Assembly: GCA_023396535.1 (NCBI GenBank)
Contig: JAEWWD010000090.1
Span: 1-38,575, forward strand
Direction: 5' to 3'
DNA from: Bacillota bacterium
Lineage (GTDB): Bacteria; Bacillota; Clostridia; Christensenellales; CAG-138
DNA: 38,575 bases
In this document: one piece after another, positions 16,329 to 25,051 of the stretch
Numbering within the stretch: position 1 is the stretch's first letter
Layout of the letters: every line of letters starts with the position of its first letter
The notes under the pieces: generated by a model
Database searches by the model: none
What the model saw: the letters and a program-made list of their open reading frames with translations, nothing else
What the model was told of the DNA's origin: nothing
Made by a program: the position numbers and the translations under genes

Positions 16329-17003
16329 ATGGGAAGTACGATACTTGTAGTTGAGGACGATGTAAATATAAACGAGACCGTCTCGGAATACTTAAAGGAA
16401 GCCGGGTTTTTGGTTGTCTCCTCGGTTGATGGAACAAAGGCCGAGGAGATTATTCAATCGAATTTTGATGTCGATCTGTTCATTTTGGATATTATGCTTC
16501 CAGGCCGCAGCGGATTAGAGCTTCTTAAAATCATTCGAAGCATGGATGAGCAAAAAGAGAAACCCGTCTTGATGCTGACCGCCATCGGTGATGAGATGAC
16601 ACAACTATTAAGCTTTGACGGTTTGGCGGACGACTATGTGACAAAGCCTTTCTCGCCCGGTGTTCTCGTCAAAAGGGTGAACGCGCTGCTGCGACGCTGC
16701 AGGCATACTTCGAGAATCATGCAGTGCGGCAACCTGGTCATTGATTTGGATGGGTATGAAGTGCTCGAATCCGGACACACGGTCAATCTTACGTTGCGCG
16801 AATTTGAGTTGCTTAGCGCGTTGATGTCCAGCGCCGGCAAAGTGCTAAGCCGGCAGCAGCTTTTGAACCATGCTTGGGGGTATGACTATTTTGGCGATGA
16901 CCGAATCGTAGACGTTCACATTAAGAACCTGAGAAAAAAGCTGAACGGCACCGTTATTATTACCATCAAAGGCGTTGGCTACAAGCTGGAAGGGACTGTC
17001 TAA
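16329..17003 (+). CDS. OmpR/PhoB-family response regulator
   Basis: REC domain (ILVVEDDVNI, ILDIMLPGRSG, LTAIGD, VTKPF) plus a winged-helix output (LTLREFELLSALM, VDVHIKNLRKKL, IKGVGYKL). I chose the start at MGSTILVVEDD (16329), which trims an implausible N-terminal extension from 16266. Confidence 0.85.
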   Translation: MGSTILVVEDDVNINETVSEYLKEAGFLVVSSVDGTKAEEIIQSNFDVDLFILDIMLPGRSGLELLKIIRSMDEQKEKPVLMLTAIGDEMTQLLSFDGLADDYVTKPFSPGVLVKRVNALLRRCRHTSRIMQCGNLVIDLDGYEVLESGHTVNLTLREFELLSALMSSAGKVLSRQQLLNHAWGYDYFGDDRIVDVHIKNLRKKLNGTVIITIKGVGYKLEGTV

Positions 17004-18485
17004 ATGCTGCGCAAAAAAGGAATTGTGCGAAGAACATTCTTCTTTTCCGCACTGTTAACGATCGCCGTGATCGCCGTGGCGTTTTCAATTTTGTATTTTA
17101 CCATGCCCAGCTACTATCGTAAAATCAAAGAGATAAAGCTGGCCGATAGCCTGCATGTGCTTACATCGAGTCTTGCACAAGCGGGCAGCGAAGAAGAATG
17201 TGCAGCGCTTATTTCCAAGTTCTCCGAAACGAACAATGTCAGTGTTCTGGCATTTGACCAAAATGACGCCGTGCTGCCAATGCTCTCCACCCCGTTTGTT
17301 TCGCTGCAAGGCGCGCAGAACGCTGTGCTTTTTACCCAAAAAACCGAGCAGAGCGATGGGAAGCAAACGTATTTGGTTCTTATCAGGTCCCGCAAGCCTG
17401 TGGGGGCTCAGGATGATCTGCCGGAACTCATGCTGAAATGGACGCCCCAAAGCGCCGCCGAAACCATGACATTGCATGGTGAAATAGGGACAGCTCTGAT
17501 CGATAACATTGCCGTAAGCGGAACACTGCAGCCTATCGACGAGGCGAAGGATGTCATATTGTCGCTGTCGCCATATGTTCTCGTCCTTGCGGTGCTGATC
17601 GGCGTCATACTCTCAGGCATCTACGCGCGCCAGATATCCAAGCCCGTGCTGGCTATATCCGACGCCGCGGTGCGCATGCAAAACATGGAAGATGACGCGG
17701 CGTCGGTCGTTCATTCGGAGGATGAACTGGGGCAGCTATCCGACAACTTAAATGCGCTGTATCGGAGCTTACGCAGCAATATTGCGCAGCTGCAAACAGA
17801 GATGGACAAAGTACAGCATCTGGAGCAATCGAAAACGGAAATGATGCAGGGCGCCAGTCATGAGTTAAAAACCCCCATCGCCGCGCTCAACGGCATGATG
17901 GAAGGCATGATTGACAATATTGGCGTGTACAAGGATAAGGAAAAGTACCTGCGGGAGTGCAAAAAGCAAATCCATAAGCTTTCGATGTTGGTTGAAGAAA
18001 TATTGTGCGCTTCAAAAGTTGACATCCTGGACGGAGATACCGTTTCAGAGGAAATTGACATTGATGTGCTTGTGCATACCCTTTTGGGGGAAAGCGATCA
18101 GCTCATCAGGAAAAAAGAGCTGTCTGTACAAACGGATATCGCTCCCACAATAATAAAAACCGATCCTGCGGTATTTGGCAAAGCCGTATCCAACCTAATC
18201 GCAAACGCAGTGCGGTACACGCCACGCGGCGGCAGCATTGCCGTATCCACACACACGCAGGGGGAAACGCTTTTATTTTCGATCGAGAATGACTGCGCCC
18301 CCATTCCCGATGATGAGATAGAAAAGCTTTTCGAGCCGTTTTATACGCGCAATTACAGCCGCAACAAAGTGGAAAGCGGCACGGGCCTGGGGCTCTACAT
18401 TGTACGGCGAAGCCTGGAGAGGCTTGGAATTTCATACAAAGCCGAATCGACTCAAAGCGGCTTGAAAATAACGATGCAGCTTTAA
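17004..18485 (+). CDS. Sensor histidine kinase (2 TM, ~150-aa extracytoplasmic domain, HAMP, HisKA, HATPase)
   Basis: The start abuts the stop codon of the regulator gene. H-box SHELKTPIAAL, N-box NLIANAVRYTP, G-boxes ENDCAPIPD and GTGLGLYIV. Confidence 0.85.
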   Translation: MLRKKGIVRRTFFFSALLTIAVIAVAFSILYFTMPSYYRKIKEIKLADSLHVLTSSLAQAGSEEECAALISKFSETNNVSVLAFDQNDAVLPMLSTPFVSLQGAQNAVLFTQKTEQSDGKQTYLVLIRSRKPVGAQDDLPELMLKWTPQSAAETMTLHGEIGTALIDNIAVSGTLQPIDEAKDVILSLSPYVLVLAVLIGVILSGIYARQISKPVLAISDAAVRMQNMEDDAASVVHSEDELGQLSDNLNALYRSLRSNIAQLQTEMDKVQHLEQSKTEMMQGASHELKTPIAALNGMMEGMIDNIGVYKDKEKYLRECKKQIHKLSMLVEEILCASKVDILDGDTVSEEIDIDVLVHTLLGESDQLIRKKELSVQTDIAPTIIKTDPAVFGKAVSNLIANAVRYTPRGGSIAVSTHTQGETLLFSIENDCAPIPDDEIEKLFEPFYTRNYSRNKVESGTGLGLYIVRRSLERLGISYKAESTQSGLKITMQL

Positions 18486-18547
18486 TGCTTAACTGGTCTG
18501 TCAATAAACCTTTGTTAGCAGAAATGAGGCCCAAATTCATGCAACCG

Positions 18548-18671
18548 GAGGCTTTTAATCCGTCATTCGCCCGAATGATACATTCGGGTATTCTTCAAGG
18601 AATGATGTGCAGCATAGGCTGCACAACCAATTGCCGGCGACATGTGCGGCGCAAAATGACACCTCGAAGCG
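18548..18671 (+). repeat. Intergenic repeat family 2, copy 2
   Basis: GCCCGAATGATACATTCGGGTATTCTTCAAGGAATGATGTGCAGCATAGGCTGCACAACCAATTGCCGGCG...GCAAAATGAC is colinear with 14426-14507. The flanking arms AATCCGTCATT and AAAATGACACCT are swapped relative to copy 1. Confidence 0.65.
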
Positions 18672-18764
18672 TAAGTTGGCGTGACAGGCTTCCTGCGAAG
18701 CAGGAAACCGAGCGCCAACTTGCGCGGTGAACCTCGATAAAGTGCCGGTACGGCACTTTATCGA
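18669..18764 (+). other. Block of strong stem-loops in the histidine kinase (HK)-to-binding-protein intergenic region
   Basis: A nested structure: gcgtaagttggcg (18669-18681) pairs with cgccaacttgcgc (18713-18725), enclosing ttcctgc-gaa-gcaggaa. A perfect 14-bp hairpin follows, tcgataaagtgccg-gta-cggcactttatcga (18734-18764). Confidence 0.6.
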
Positions 18765-18772
18765 CACGCAAA

Positions 18773-18798
18773 GTCCTGGGCTAAGTCCAGGGCTTTTT
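18773..18798 (+). terminator. Rho-independent terminator candidate
   Basis: gtcctggg-ctaag-tccagggc (8 bp including two G-U pairs) followed by TTTTT. Confidence 0.55.
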
Positions 18799-18901
18799 GC
18801 CGTGCTTGAACCTACATCCACATTACACGGCAGCTTCATAGCAGCTTCATACTGAAATTATAACCTGTATGCGATACGAATCAAAAAAACGGAGGTAAAA
18901 A

Positions 18902-20425
18902 ATGAAAAAGCTACTGGCTATTCTGTTATCTGTACTTTTTGTTGCTTCCCTGTCTGCCTGTTCCGTCCCATCCGGGCAAAACGAGGCAACCGCAAACCCG
19001 GATGTAACGGGAGCTCCTTCTTCCGCAGACGGCCCGGTGGTTTCGGGCGAAATCAGCGGCGAGATAACCGTGTCGGCATACGACAGCCAAACCTACAAGG
19101 CGTTCCTGGAGGATGCCGCAAAGCTATTTGAAGAAAAATACCCGGGTACGACCGTAACCGTTGAGACGTTCTCCGCCATGCCGGAGGTCAAAACCTCCGG
19201 CCAGGGCAACAAAAGCATGACTGCGATACAGATGCAGGATGATCCGCAGGGGCGTCAGGATTATATAAACAAAGTGAATACCGCCATGATGAGCGGCGGC
19301 GGAGCCGACGTGTATGCGATGGATGTATTGCCCGTCCATAAATACGCGCAAAGCGGACAATTGGAAGATCTGGCCGGCTACATGAATGCGGACAGCGAGT
19401 TTGACCGTGCGGCGTATCGGGAAAACATACTTGACGCAATACAATACAATGGCGGGACATGGTTCCTGCCCGTGGATTACACATTTGACTACTTTGCCTA
19501 CGACAGCACGTTGATTTCTCCGGATGTTGGCAGCTTTGGTCCGCAAAGCGCGTTCAGCACACAGCAGCTTTTTGACCTGGCCAAGGAACTTTATGATGGC
19601 AGTGCGAAACTTTTTAACACTTCGGATTATCAAAAAATGGGCCATGGCGGCATGTGGAAGGAACTGTTTACGGATCATTACACAGACTTTGTGGACATTC
19701 AGAACAAAGCGGCCAACTTTGCCGATGGAACTTTCGCCGGCATTCTAAACACGGTGACTGAATACGCGCAGCAGGGATATATCCCCAAAGGCATCAGCGG
19801 CCAGACGGTAAACACAGAAGATGCTATGCGCCAGGCGGGCGAAGCGCCCACCGACAGGTACGGCTTCAAGCATCAATCGGCCTTTTCGCTCCTGAACCAA
19901 TTTACCCGCGATACGGGAAGAAAGCTGCAAATGGTAATGGCCGGTGAAAACCCCGGCATTGAGGCGGATGATGAAATTGCGGGCATCCACGCAAACGCCG
20001 ACGGCACCGTGCCATTTACATACGAGCAGGCGTATGGCATCAACGCAAACTCGCAAAACAAACAAACGGCATGGGCTTTTATAAAATTCCTGCTCAGCGA
20101 AGAAATGCAGCTCAACACCCATTTGTCGCCCCGCAGCTTTCCGGTATTGAATTCGGCGCTTGAAGAAAAGGCTATGAGCGTATTCGGCGGGTCTTTTATG
20201 GGCGCGCAAGCCGAGGAGCTAGACGAAAAGCAGCAGCAGGCTTTCAACGCTTACCTGACGGCAATCAGGCAGATGTCCGATCAGATCAATAACTACACTT
20301 GGACGGACACGTTGGTAAACGACATGATCAACGCCGAGGTGCAGTATTACTTTGATGGCTCAAAGACGGCTGAAGAAGTCGCCGATGTGTTGCAAAACAA
20401 GGTTGATCTCTATCTGAATGAATAA
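18902..20425 (+). CDS. ABC transporter extracellular solute-binding lipoprotein (large LplA-like carbohydrate-binding type)
   Basis: An AACGGAGGTAAAAA RBS precedes the ATG. Lipoprotein signal MKKLLAILLSVLFVASLSAC (lipobox LSAC). At 507 aa, the size and composition are typical of family-1 sugar SBPs. Confidence 0.8.
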   Translation: MKKLLAILLSVLFVASLSACSVPSGQNEATANPDVTGAPSSADGPVVSGEISGEITVSAYDSQTYKAFLEDAAKLFEEKYPGTTVTVETFSAMPEVKTSGQGNKSMTAIQMQDDPQGRQDYINKVNTAMMSGGGADVYAMDVLPVHKYAQSGQLEDLAGYMNADSEFDRAAYRENILDAIQYNGGTWFLPVDYTFDYFAYDSTLISPDVGSFGPQSAFSTQQLFDLAKELYDGSAKLFNTSDYQKMGHGGMWKELFTDHYTDFVDIQNKAANFADGTFAGILNTVTEYAQQGYIPKGISGQTVNTEDAMRQAGEAPTDRYGFKHQSAFSLLNQFTRDTGRKLQMVMAGENPGIEADDEIAGIHANADGTVPFTYEQAYGINANSQNKQTAWAFIKFLLSEEMQLNTHLSPRSFPVLNSALEEKAMSVFGGSFMGAQAEELDEKQQQAFNAYLTAIRQMSDQINNYTWTDTLVNDMINAEVQYYFDGSKTAEEVADVLQNKVDLYLNE

Positions 20426-20435
20426 GGATTGCGTG

Positions 20436-21356
20436 ATGAAGAGCCTTCTGCCTGAAAAAACTAAGGCGCTGTCGAAAAGAAACGATGGACGTGGTGCGCG
20501 CGGCTTGATAAAGCCGCGACGCATCACATCCGGAATGATATTCCTTATACCGGGGCTGGCTGGGTTCCTCGTGTTTTACATACTTCCTTTTTTCATATCC
20601 CTCGGCTATTCATTTATGGACAAACCTGTAGAGGGATCGTTTGTGGGTTTTCGCAATTTCATCGAGCTGTTCCGGAATAAAGCGTATCTTCTGGGGCTTT
20701 ATAACACGCTGCGCTTCATAGGCATTTCGGTTCCGGTCAACATGGCCTTTTCCCTTGGAATCGCAATGCTCATCAACAAAAGGAAGAAACATAAAGAGCT
20801 GTTTTCTCTCATATTCCTTATCCCTTTGGTAATACCATCCGGTTCCATGGTCTCCTTCTGGAAGGCGCTGTTTTCCTACGACGGCGCGTTAAACGGATTG
20901 CTGCATGGGATTGGCATAGAAAAAATCAATTGGCTGGATTCCAAACTCGCCCTTTTCGTCATGGTCGTGATATTTGTGTGGAAGAACCTGGGTTATAACA
21001 TGGTGCTGTTTCTCGCCGGCCTGAACAATATTCCCAAAGAGTATTACGAAGCCGCCTTTGTGGACGGCGCGAAGCCATGGCAGGCATTCCGGCACATTAC
21101 CGTACCGCATCTGGCTCCAACCTCCGTGCTTGTGCTCATAATGTCCATCATTAACTCCTTCAAGGTATTTAAAGAGATATACCTCATAACGGGCGGGTAT
21201 CCGCATGAGAGCATTTATACATTGCAGCATTTTATGAACAATATGTTTGCATCGCTAAACTATCCGCGTTTGACTACCGCCACCACTATTTTGGTTGTGA
21301 TTGTCGCGGTTTTCTCGCAAGTATTGTTGCGGCTGGAAAGGAAAGCGGCGTTATGA
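20436..21356 (+). CDS. Carbohydrate ABC transporter permease (MalF/LplB-like)
   Basis: Six hydrophobic segments and the EAA loop motif EAAFVDGAKPWQAFRHITVPHLAP. The start at 20436 has an AAGGA RBS. The alternative ATG at 20418 overlaps the SBP stop. Confidence 0.8.
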   Translation: MKSLLPEKTKALSKRNDGRGARGLIKPRRITSGMIFLIPGLAGFLVFYILPFFISLGYSFMDKPVEGSFVGFRNFIELFRNKAYLLGLYNTLRFIGISVPVNMAFSLGIAMLINKRKKHKELFSLIFLIPLVIPSGSMVSFWKALFSYDGALNGLLHGIGIEKINWLDSKLALFVMVVIFVWKNLGYNMVLFLAGLNNIPKEYYEAAFVDGAKPWQAFRHITVPHLAPTSVLVLIMSIINSFKVFKEIYLITGGYPHESIYTLQHFMNNMFASLNYPRLTTATTILVVIVAVFSQVLLRLERKAAL

Positions 21357-22219
21357 GCAGACTTAAGCAAAAACTGGTTGCGGCCTCGCTTTTGCTGCTG
21401 GGCGTGCTCTTCCTGCTGCCGCTCATTGTAACGTTTACAAATTCATTCATGACTGAGACGGAAATCTCACTGAACTATACGTCCGCCCTGACATCCTTTG
21501 ACCTGGTGGACGGCATTGAGGAAAAATTTCAGCAAATCGAATTGATTCCCGGTCAGGCGGGGCTTTGGCAGTATGCGGAAGTATTGATCAATCAGCCGTC
21601 GTTTCTGGTGCTGCTGACCAATTCGCTAAAAATCGCGCTGCCCATAACGTTGGGAAGCCTCTTCGTTTCCCTATTGACCGCCTATGGCTTTACCGTTTGG
21701 GAGTGGCGCTATAAGGAAATCGTATTTGGGGTTTACATCGTGGTCATGCTGATGCCCTTACAGGCTGTCTTGGTCCCAAACTATATTGTGGCCGACGCAT
21801 TGGGAATAAAGAACAGCTATCTGGCTATCATCCTCCCCGGCATATTTTCGCCTTTCGGCGTGTTCCTGATGCGTCAGAGCATGAAGATGATTCCCCCGGC
21901 GTATTTTGAAGCGGCCAGCATGGACGGCGCGGGCAACTGGTACATATTTTGGCGCATCGTCATTCCCCAATTAAAATCATCCATCGCGGCCCTGCTGATG
22001 CTGACATTTATAGAGTATTGGAATCTGATAGAGCAAGCGGTCATTTTCATAGACGATTACGCCAGGGAACCCCTGTCCGTGTACTTGTCCAGAATCGCTG
22101 AAGGCCGCATGGGGCTGGTCTTTGCCGCGTCGTGCGTTTATATGTTCCTGCCGTTCTGGTTCTTGATGCTCGGGCAAAAGGATTTGGAAAAGGGTATCGA
22201 ATTATCGGGAGTAAAATAA
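21353..22219 (+). CDS. Carbohydrate ABC transporter permease (MalG/LplC-like)
   Basis: ATGA start/stop overlap with the upstream permease. EAA motif EAASMDGAGNWYIFWRIVIPQLK. Confidence 0.8.
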   Translation: MSRLKQKLVAASLLLLGVLFLLPLIVTFTNSFMTETEISLNYTSALTSFDLVDGIEEKFQQIELIPGQAGLWQYAEVLINQPSFLVLLTNSLKIALPITLGSLFVSLLTAYGFTVWEWRYKEIVFGVYIVVMLMPLQAVLVPNYIVADALGIKNSYLAIILPGIFSPFGVFLMRQSMKMIPPAYFEAASMDGAGNWYIFWRIVIPQLKSSIAALLMLTFIEYWNLIEQAVIFIDDYAREPLSVYLSRIAEGRMGLVFAASCVYMFLPFWFLMLGQKDLEKGIELSGVK

Positions 22220-22220
22220 T

Positions 22221-23693
22221 ATGAGTGAACAAATCGTAATCGGTATATCCTCGGAGAGAGAGCAAATCGAGCTGTCTCCTGCAAGCCGGCAGGACGACCG
22301 GCCCGGCAGACTGGCGCCCATGAAAAAGCGCGACTACAAGAAGACGATCGGAATTATTTTCTTTGCTATTCTATTCGCATTGATCTTTTTCTCCAAAACG
22401 ATATACGGGTACAATTTGCCGTCCGTGACCGCCGTGAAGCCGGAAAACGGGCGGCTGAACAAACTGGAGTTAAGCACGGGCGTCGCGGATTATGCAAAAA
22501 CACAAAACGTTTATGCGCCCGTCGGCGGCCACATCTATGAGGTTCTGGTGCAGGAAGGCGATGCGGTCAAGGCGGGCCAGCCGCTTTACAACCTTACGTT
22601 TGATCGCGATGAAGCCGAGAGCAAGCTGGAGGAAATCGCAAATTCACGAAAAAAGCTGAACAACGACATCAAAAACATCAATCTCAAAATGGAAAAACTG
22701 CAGCGCGTAATAGACGCGCTCGTAAACGAGGTATATGAAATCGAGCCCGTTTCCGACTATGACCTGGAATTGGCCGAACTCGAAATTCAGCAGGCGGAGC
22801 TGGAACTTGACGATGTGTTGACCAGATACGATGCCGGTCAGGCGACCGAGCTTGATGTGGAAAGAGCAAAGAATAAAATTGAGACGCTTGAACTCAAACA
22901 GGAAGAATTGATGCGAAAGCTGGAGGAGCAATGGCGGGAATCGCAGAAATCTGTTGAAGACAGAGAAAAGGAGCGGGAAGAAAAGCTCCAGGATTATGAA
23001 GCGGATATGGCTATATTGAAATTGGACAAGAGTTCCAAGCAGGTTGATATCGACGATCTATCGCTGCAGGAAGAGTCCTACCAAAAGACGCTGGAAGAGT
23101 TTGATGAAAACGCTGCAATAGAAGCGCCAATAGACGGAACGGTGATATCCGTTCCCGCAAACAAGGGCGAAACGATTCGGCCCGGGCAGCTGATCGCTGC
23201 GATTGGCAGCAGTGAAGGCTTTGAGGTGGAGTGCAGCATTTCGCTGGAGAATGATTTCGTGATTCCCGGCGATGTTGTGGAACTGTCCAATGCAACCCAT
23301 GTTGTAGAAGGGGTTGTGGAATATGTCACTCCGCAAGCACAGGGAAAGAGCGCCACCATTACCGTCAACTCTGACGAAGTGACTGCAGGCGAGACCTTTG
23401 AAGCGACTTTTGAAAAGAGCAGCGAGACAACGTATACGCTGGTTCCAAACGGGGCAATCAACCAGGATAACGATGGGTATTTCCTGAATCTGATCAAGCG
23501 CAGAGAGGGCATTTTAGGCAAAGAGTACTATTTGGAGAGACTGGATATTTACATTGGAGATTCCGACTCCAAAAATACAGCGGTTATCCGGGGGATTACA
23601 TTCTTTGAACCGATTGCCCTGATCAGTGATAAGCCGATATCGCCGGGCGACGTCATTGCACTTTCGAATGCGGGTGATTTCTTTGAACAGTAA
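22221..23693 (+). CDS. HlyD-family membrane-fusion/periplasmic adaptor-like protein
   Basis: Starts 1 nt after the permease stop. It has an N-terminal TM (IGIIFFAILFALIFF), a lipoyl-like motif (VYAPVGGHIYEVLVQEGDAVKAGQPLYNL), a long Glu/Lys-rich coiled coil, and a second lipoyl half (IEAPIDGTVISVPANKGETIRPGQLIA). An alternative start at 22320 (MKKRDYKK) is possible. Confidence 0.7.
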   Translation: MSEQIVIGISSEREQIELSPASRQDDRPGRLAPMKKRDYKKTIGIIFFAILFALIFFSKTIYGYNLPSVTAVKPENGRLNKLELSTGVADYAKTQNVYAPVGGHIYEVLVQEGDAVKAGQPLYNLTFDRDEAESKLEEIANSRKKLNNDIKNINLKMEKLQRVIDALVNEVYEIEPVSDYDLELAELEIQQAELELDDVLTRYDAGQATELDVERAKNKIETLELKQEELMRKLEEQWRESQKSVEDREKEREEKLQDYEADMAILKLDKSSKQVDIDDLSLQEESYQKTLEEFDENAAIEAPIDGTVISVPANKGETIRPGQLIAAIGSSEGFEVECSISLENDFVIPGDVVELSNATHVVEGVVEYVTPQAQGKSATITVNSDEVTAGETFEATFEKSSETTYTLVPNGAINQDNDGYFLNLIKRREGILGKEYYLERLDIYIGDSDSKNTAVIRGITFFEPIALISDKPISPGDVIALSNAGDFFEQ

Positions 23694-24750
23694 AGCAAAT
23701 GTGATCATATTATTCTTCCTGTTCGCCGCCTTGGCCGCGCTGGCGCTGCTGGCTGTATGTGCGATGCAAAAAGCGTATCAAGGTCAGTTGCTGGTGCGGC
23801 CCGCCAACCTGACCGCCAGGGCGCTTGACCCTGAAGTTCTGGATGAGTTTTCTAAAGAAGAATTTCAAATGACCTATGAAATACGAAAAACGGCAACCGC
23901 GCAGACCGAGCATAAGCGAGACACCGTCGCTATGGTTGGCACGAATTACGCGTATCCGTACGTGATGAACTATGTGGTGTCCAGCGGCGGGTTTTTTACT
24001 GAGTCTGCGCAAAACGCGCACAGCAAATTCGCCGTACTGAATGAGTTAGCCGCCTATCAATTGTTCGGAAGCATCGATATATGCGGGGCGGAAATCAGGC
24101 TGGATAACGAGCGCTTCACTGTGGCAGGCGTCATTCGGGATCACGACGAGGATACCGCGAACGTCTATGTACCGGCGTATTTCACGGGCGGCGACGCACA
24201 GACACTAATGGCTAAGATGAATGATCAGAATTTCACGCAGGCCTATGTTGTAACTGCCCTGAAGGGCATCGGCATTCATGAGAGCAATTATACATTCATC
24301 AACCTGGAACGCAATGCCCGCGCTTTCCTTGAGAGATTTTATGTTGCCGCGTTCGCGTTTCTGTTTGGCGTATTGATACTGCCAATCGTGAAGCTGGGCC
24401 GCTGGTGCTCGCGGCTATGCAAGCGCTTTCGGGGTTTGCTGCGGGACTACTACGTTTGGGAGGCCGCCAGCTTGATGGCAAAAGAGCTTTTCGTGGGATT
24501 GGGCGCCCTGCTTTTGCAGGTTGGATTTCTGATAGGAGTGCTGCTTGCTTCTCTGGCCGTATTGAGGTACGCACTGGGCTGGCAGAGTATAGTGCCGTTA
24601 ACCGCAGGGCAGTTTGCGGACTTTGAAGCGAAACTCCAATGGCTGCTGCAATACCAGACAGTGGATGTGGTGTTGTTTACGTGCTGCATATCTGGCATTT
24701 TCCTTTGTTCAATGCTGAACATACATACCCTATTTATTACGCGGACTTAA
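23668..24750 (+). CDS. Membrane protein with a MacB-type periplasmic core domain (ABC-permease-like N-terminus). The C-terminal TM bundle has no FtsX signature recognisable by eye.
   Basis: An N-terminal TM is followed by the MacB_PCD-like VAMVGTNYAYPYVMNYVVSSGGFFTESAQNAHSKFAVLNELAAYQLFGSIDICGAEIRLDNERFTVAGVIRD. The C-terminal ~140 aa has 3-4 hydrophobic segments. The start is ambiguous: 23626, 23668, 23683 or 23701. Confidence 0.55.
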   Translation: MRVISLNSKANVIILFFLFAALAALALLAVCAMQKAYQGQLLVRPANLTARALDPEVLDEFSKEEFQMTYEIRKTATAQTEHKRDTVAMVGTNYAYPYVMNYVVSSGGFFTESAQNAHSKFAVLNELAAYQLFGSIDICGAEIRLDNERFTVAGVIRDHDEDTANVYVPAYFTGGDAQTLMAKMNDQNFTQAYVVTALKGIGIHESNYTFINLERNARAFLERFYVAAFAFLFGVLILPIVKLGRWCSRLCKRFRGLLRDYYVWEAASLMAKELFVGLGALLLQVGFLIGVLLASLAVLRYALGWQSIVPLTAGQFADFEAKLQWLLQYQTVDVVLFTCCISGIFLCSMLNIHTLFITRT

Positions 24751-24831
24751 GGTAAATCCTTGGAGGTTATTAAAACAGATGCCTAAGCTTGTTTAGAATG
24801 GTACAAATGCCTGGTCATGCATAAATATGCG

Positions 24832-24855
24832 AAAATCCTCCCTGCACAGGATTTT
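24832..24855 (+). terminator. Hairpin after the ABC/HlyD gene string; weak terminator candidate
   Basis: aaaatcct-ccctgcac-aggatttt (8-bp stem), followed by attatt rather than a clean T-tract. Confidence 0.35.
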
Positions 24856-25051
24856 ATTATTCCGGCCAAGCTCGGCGGGCTGTATTACGGTTTTTTATAA
24901 GAATAGGAACTGGAATTTTGAGAAATATAAAATAGCTAAATAACAAAACCGAGGCCATGCACAGTAATGATAACGATGAATATAATGACCGGATTTAATC
25001 CTTATCAGCAGGTATGTTTGTATGGCGTTTGGAATTGAAAAGGATTTTGGC

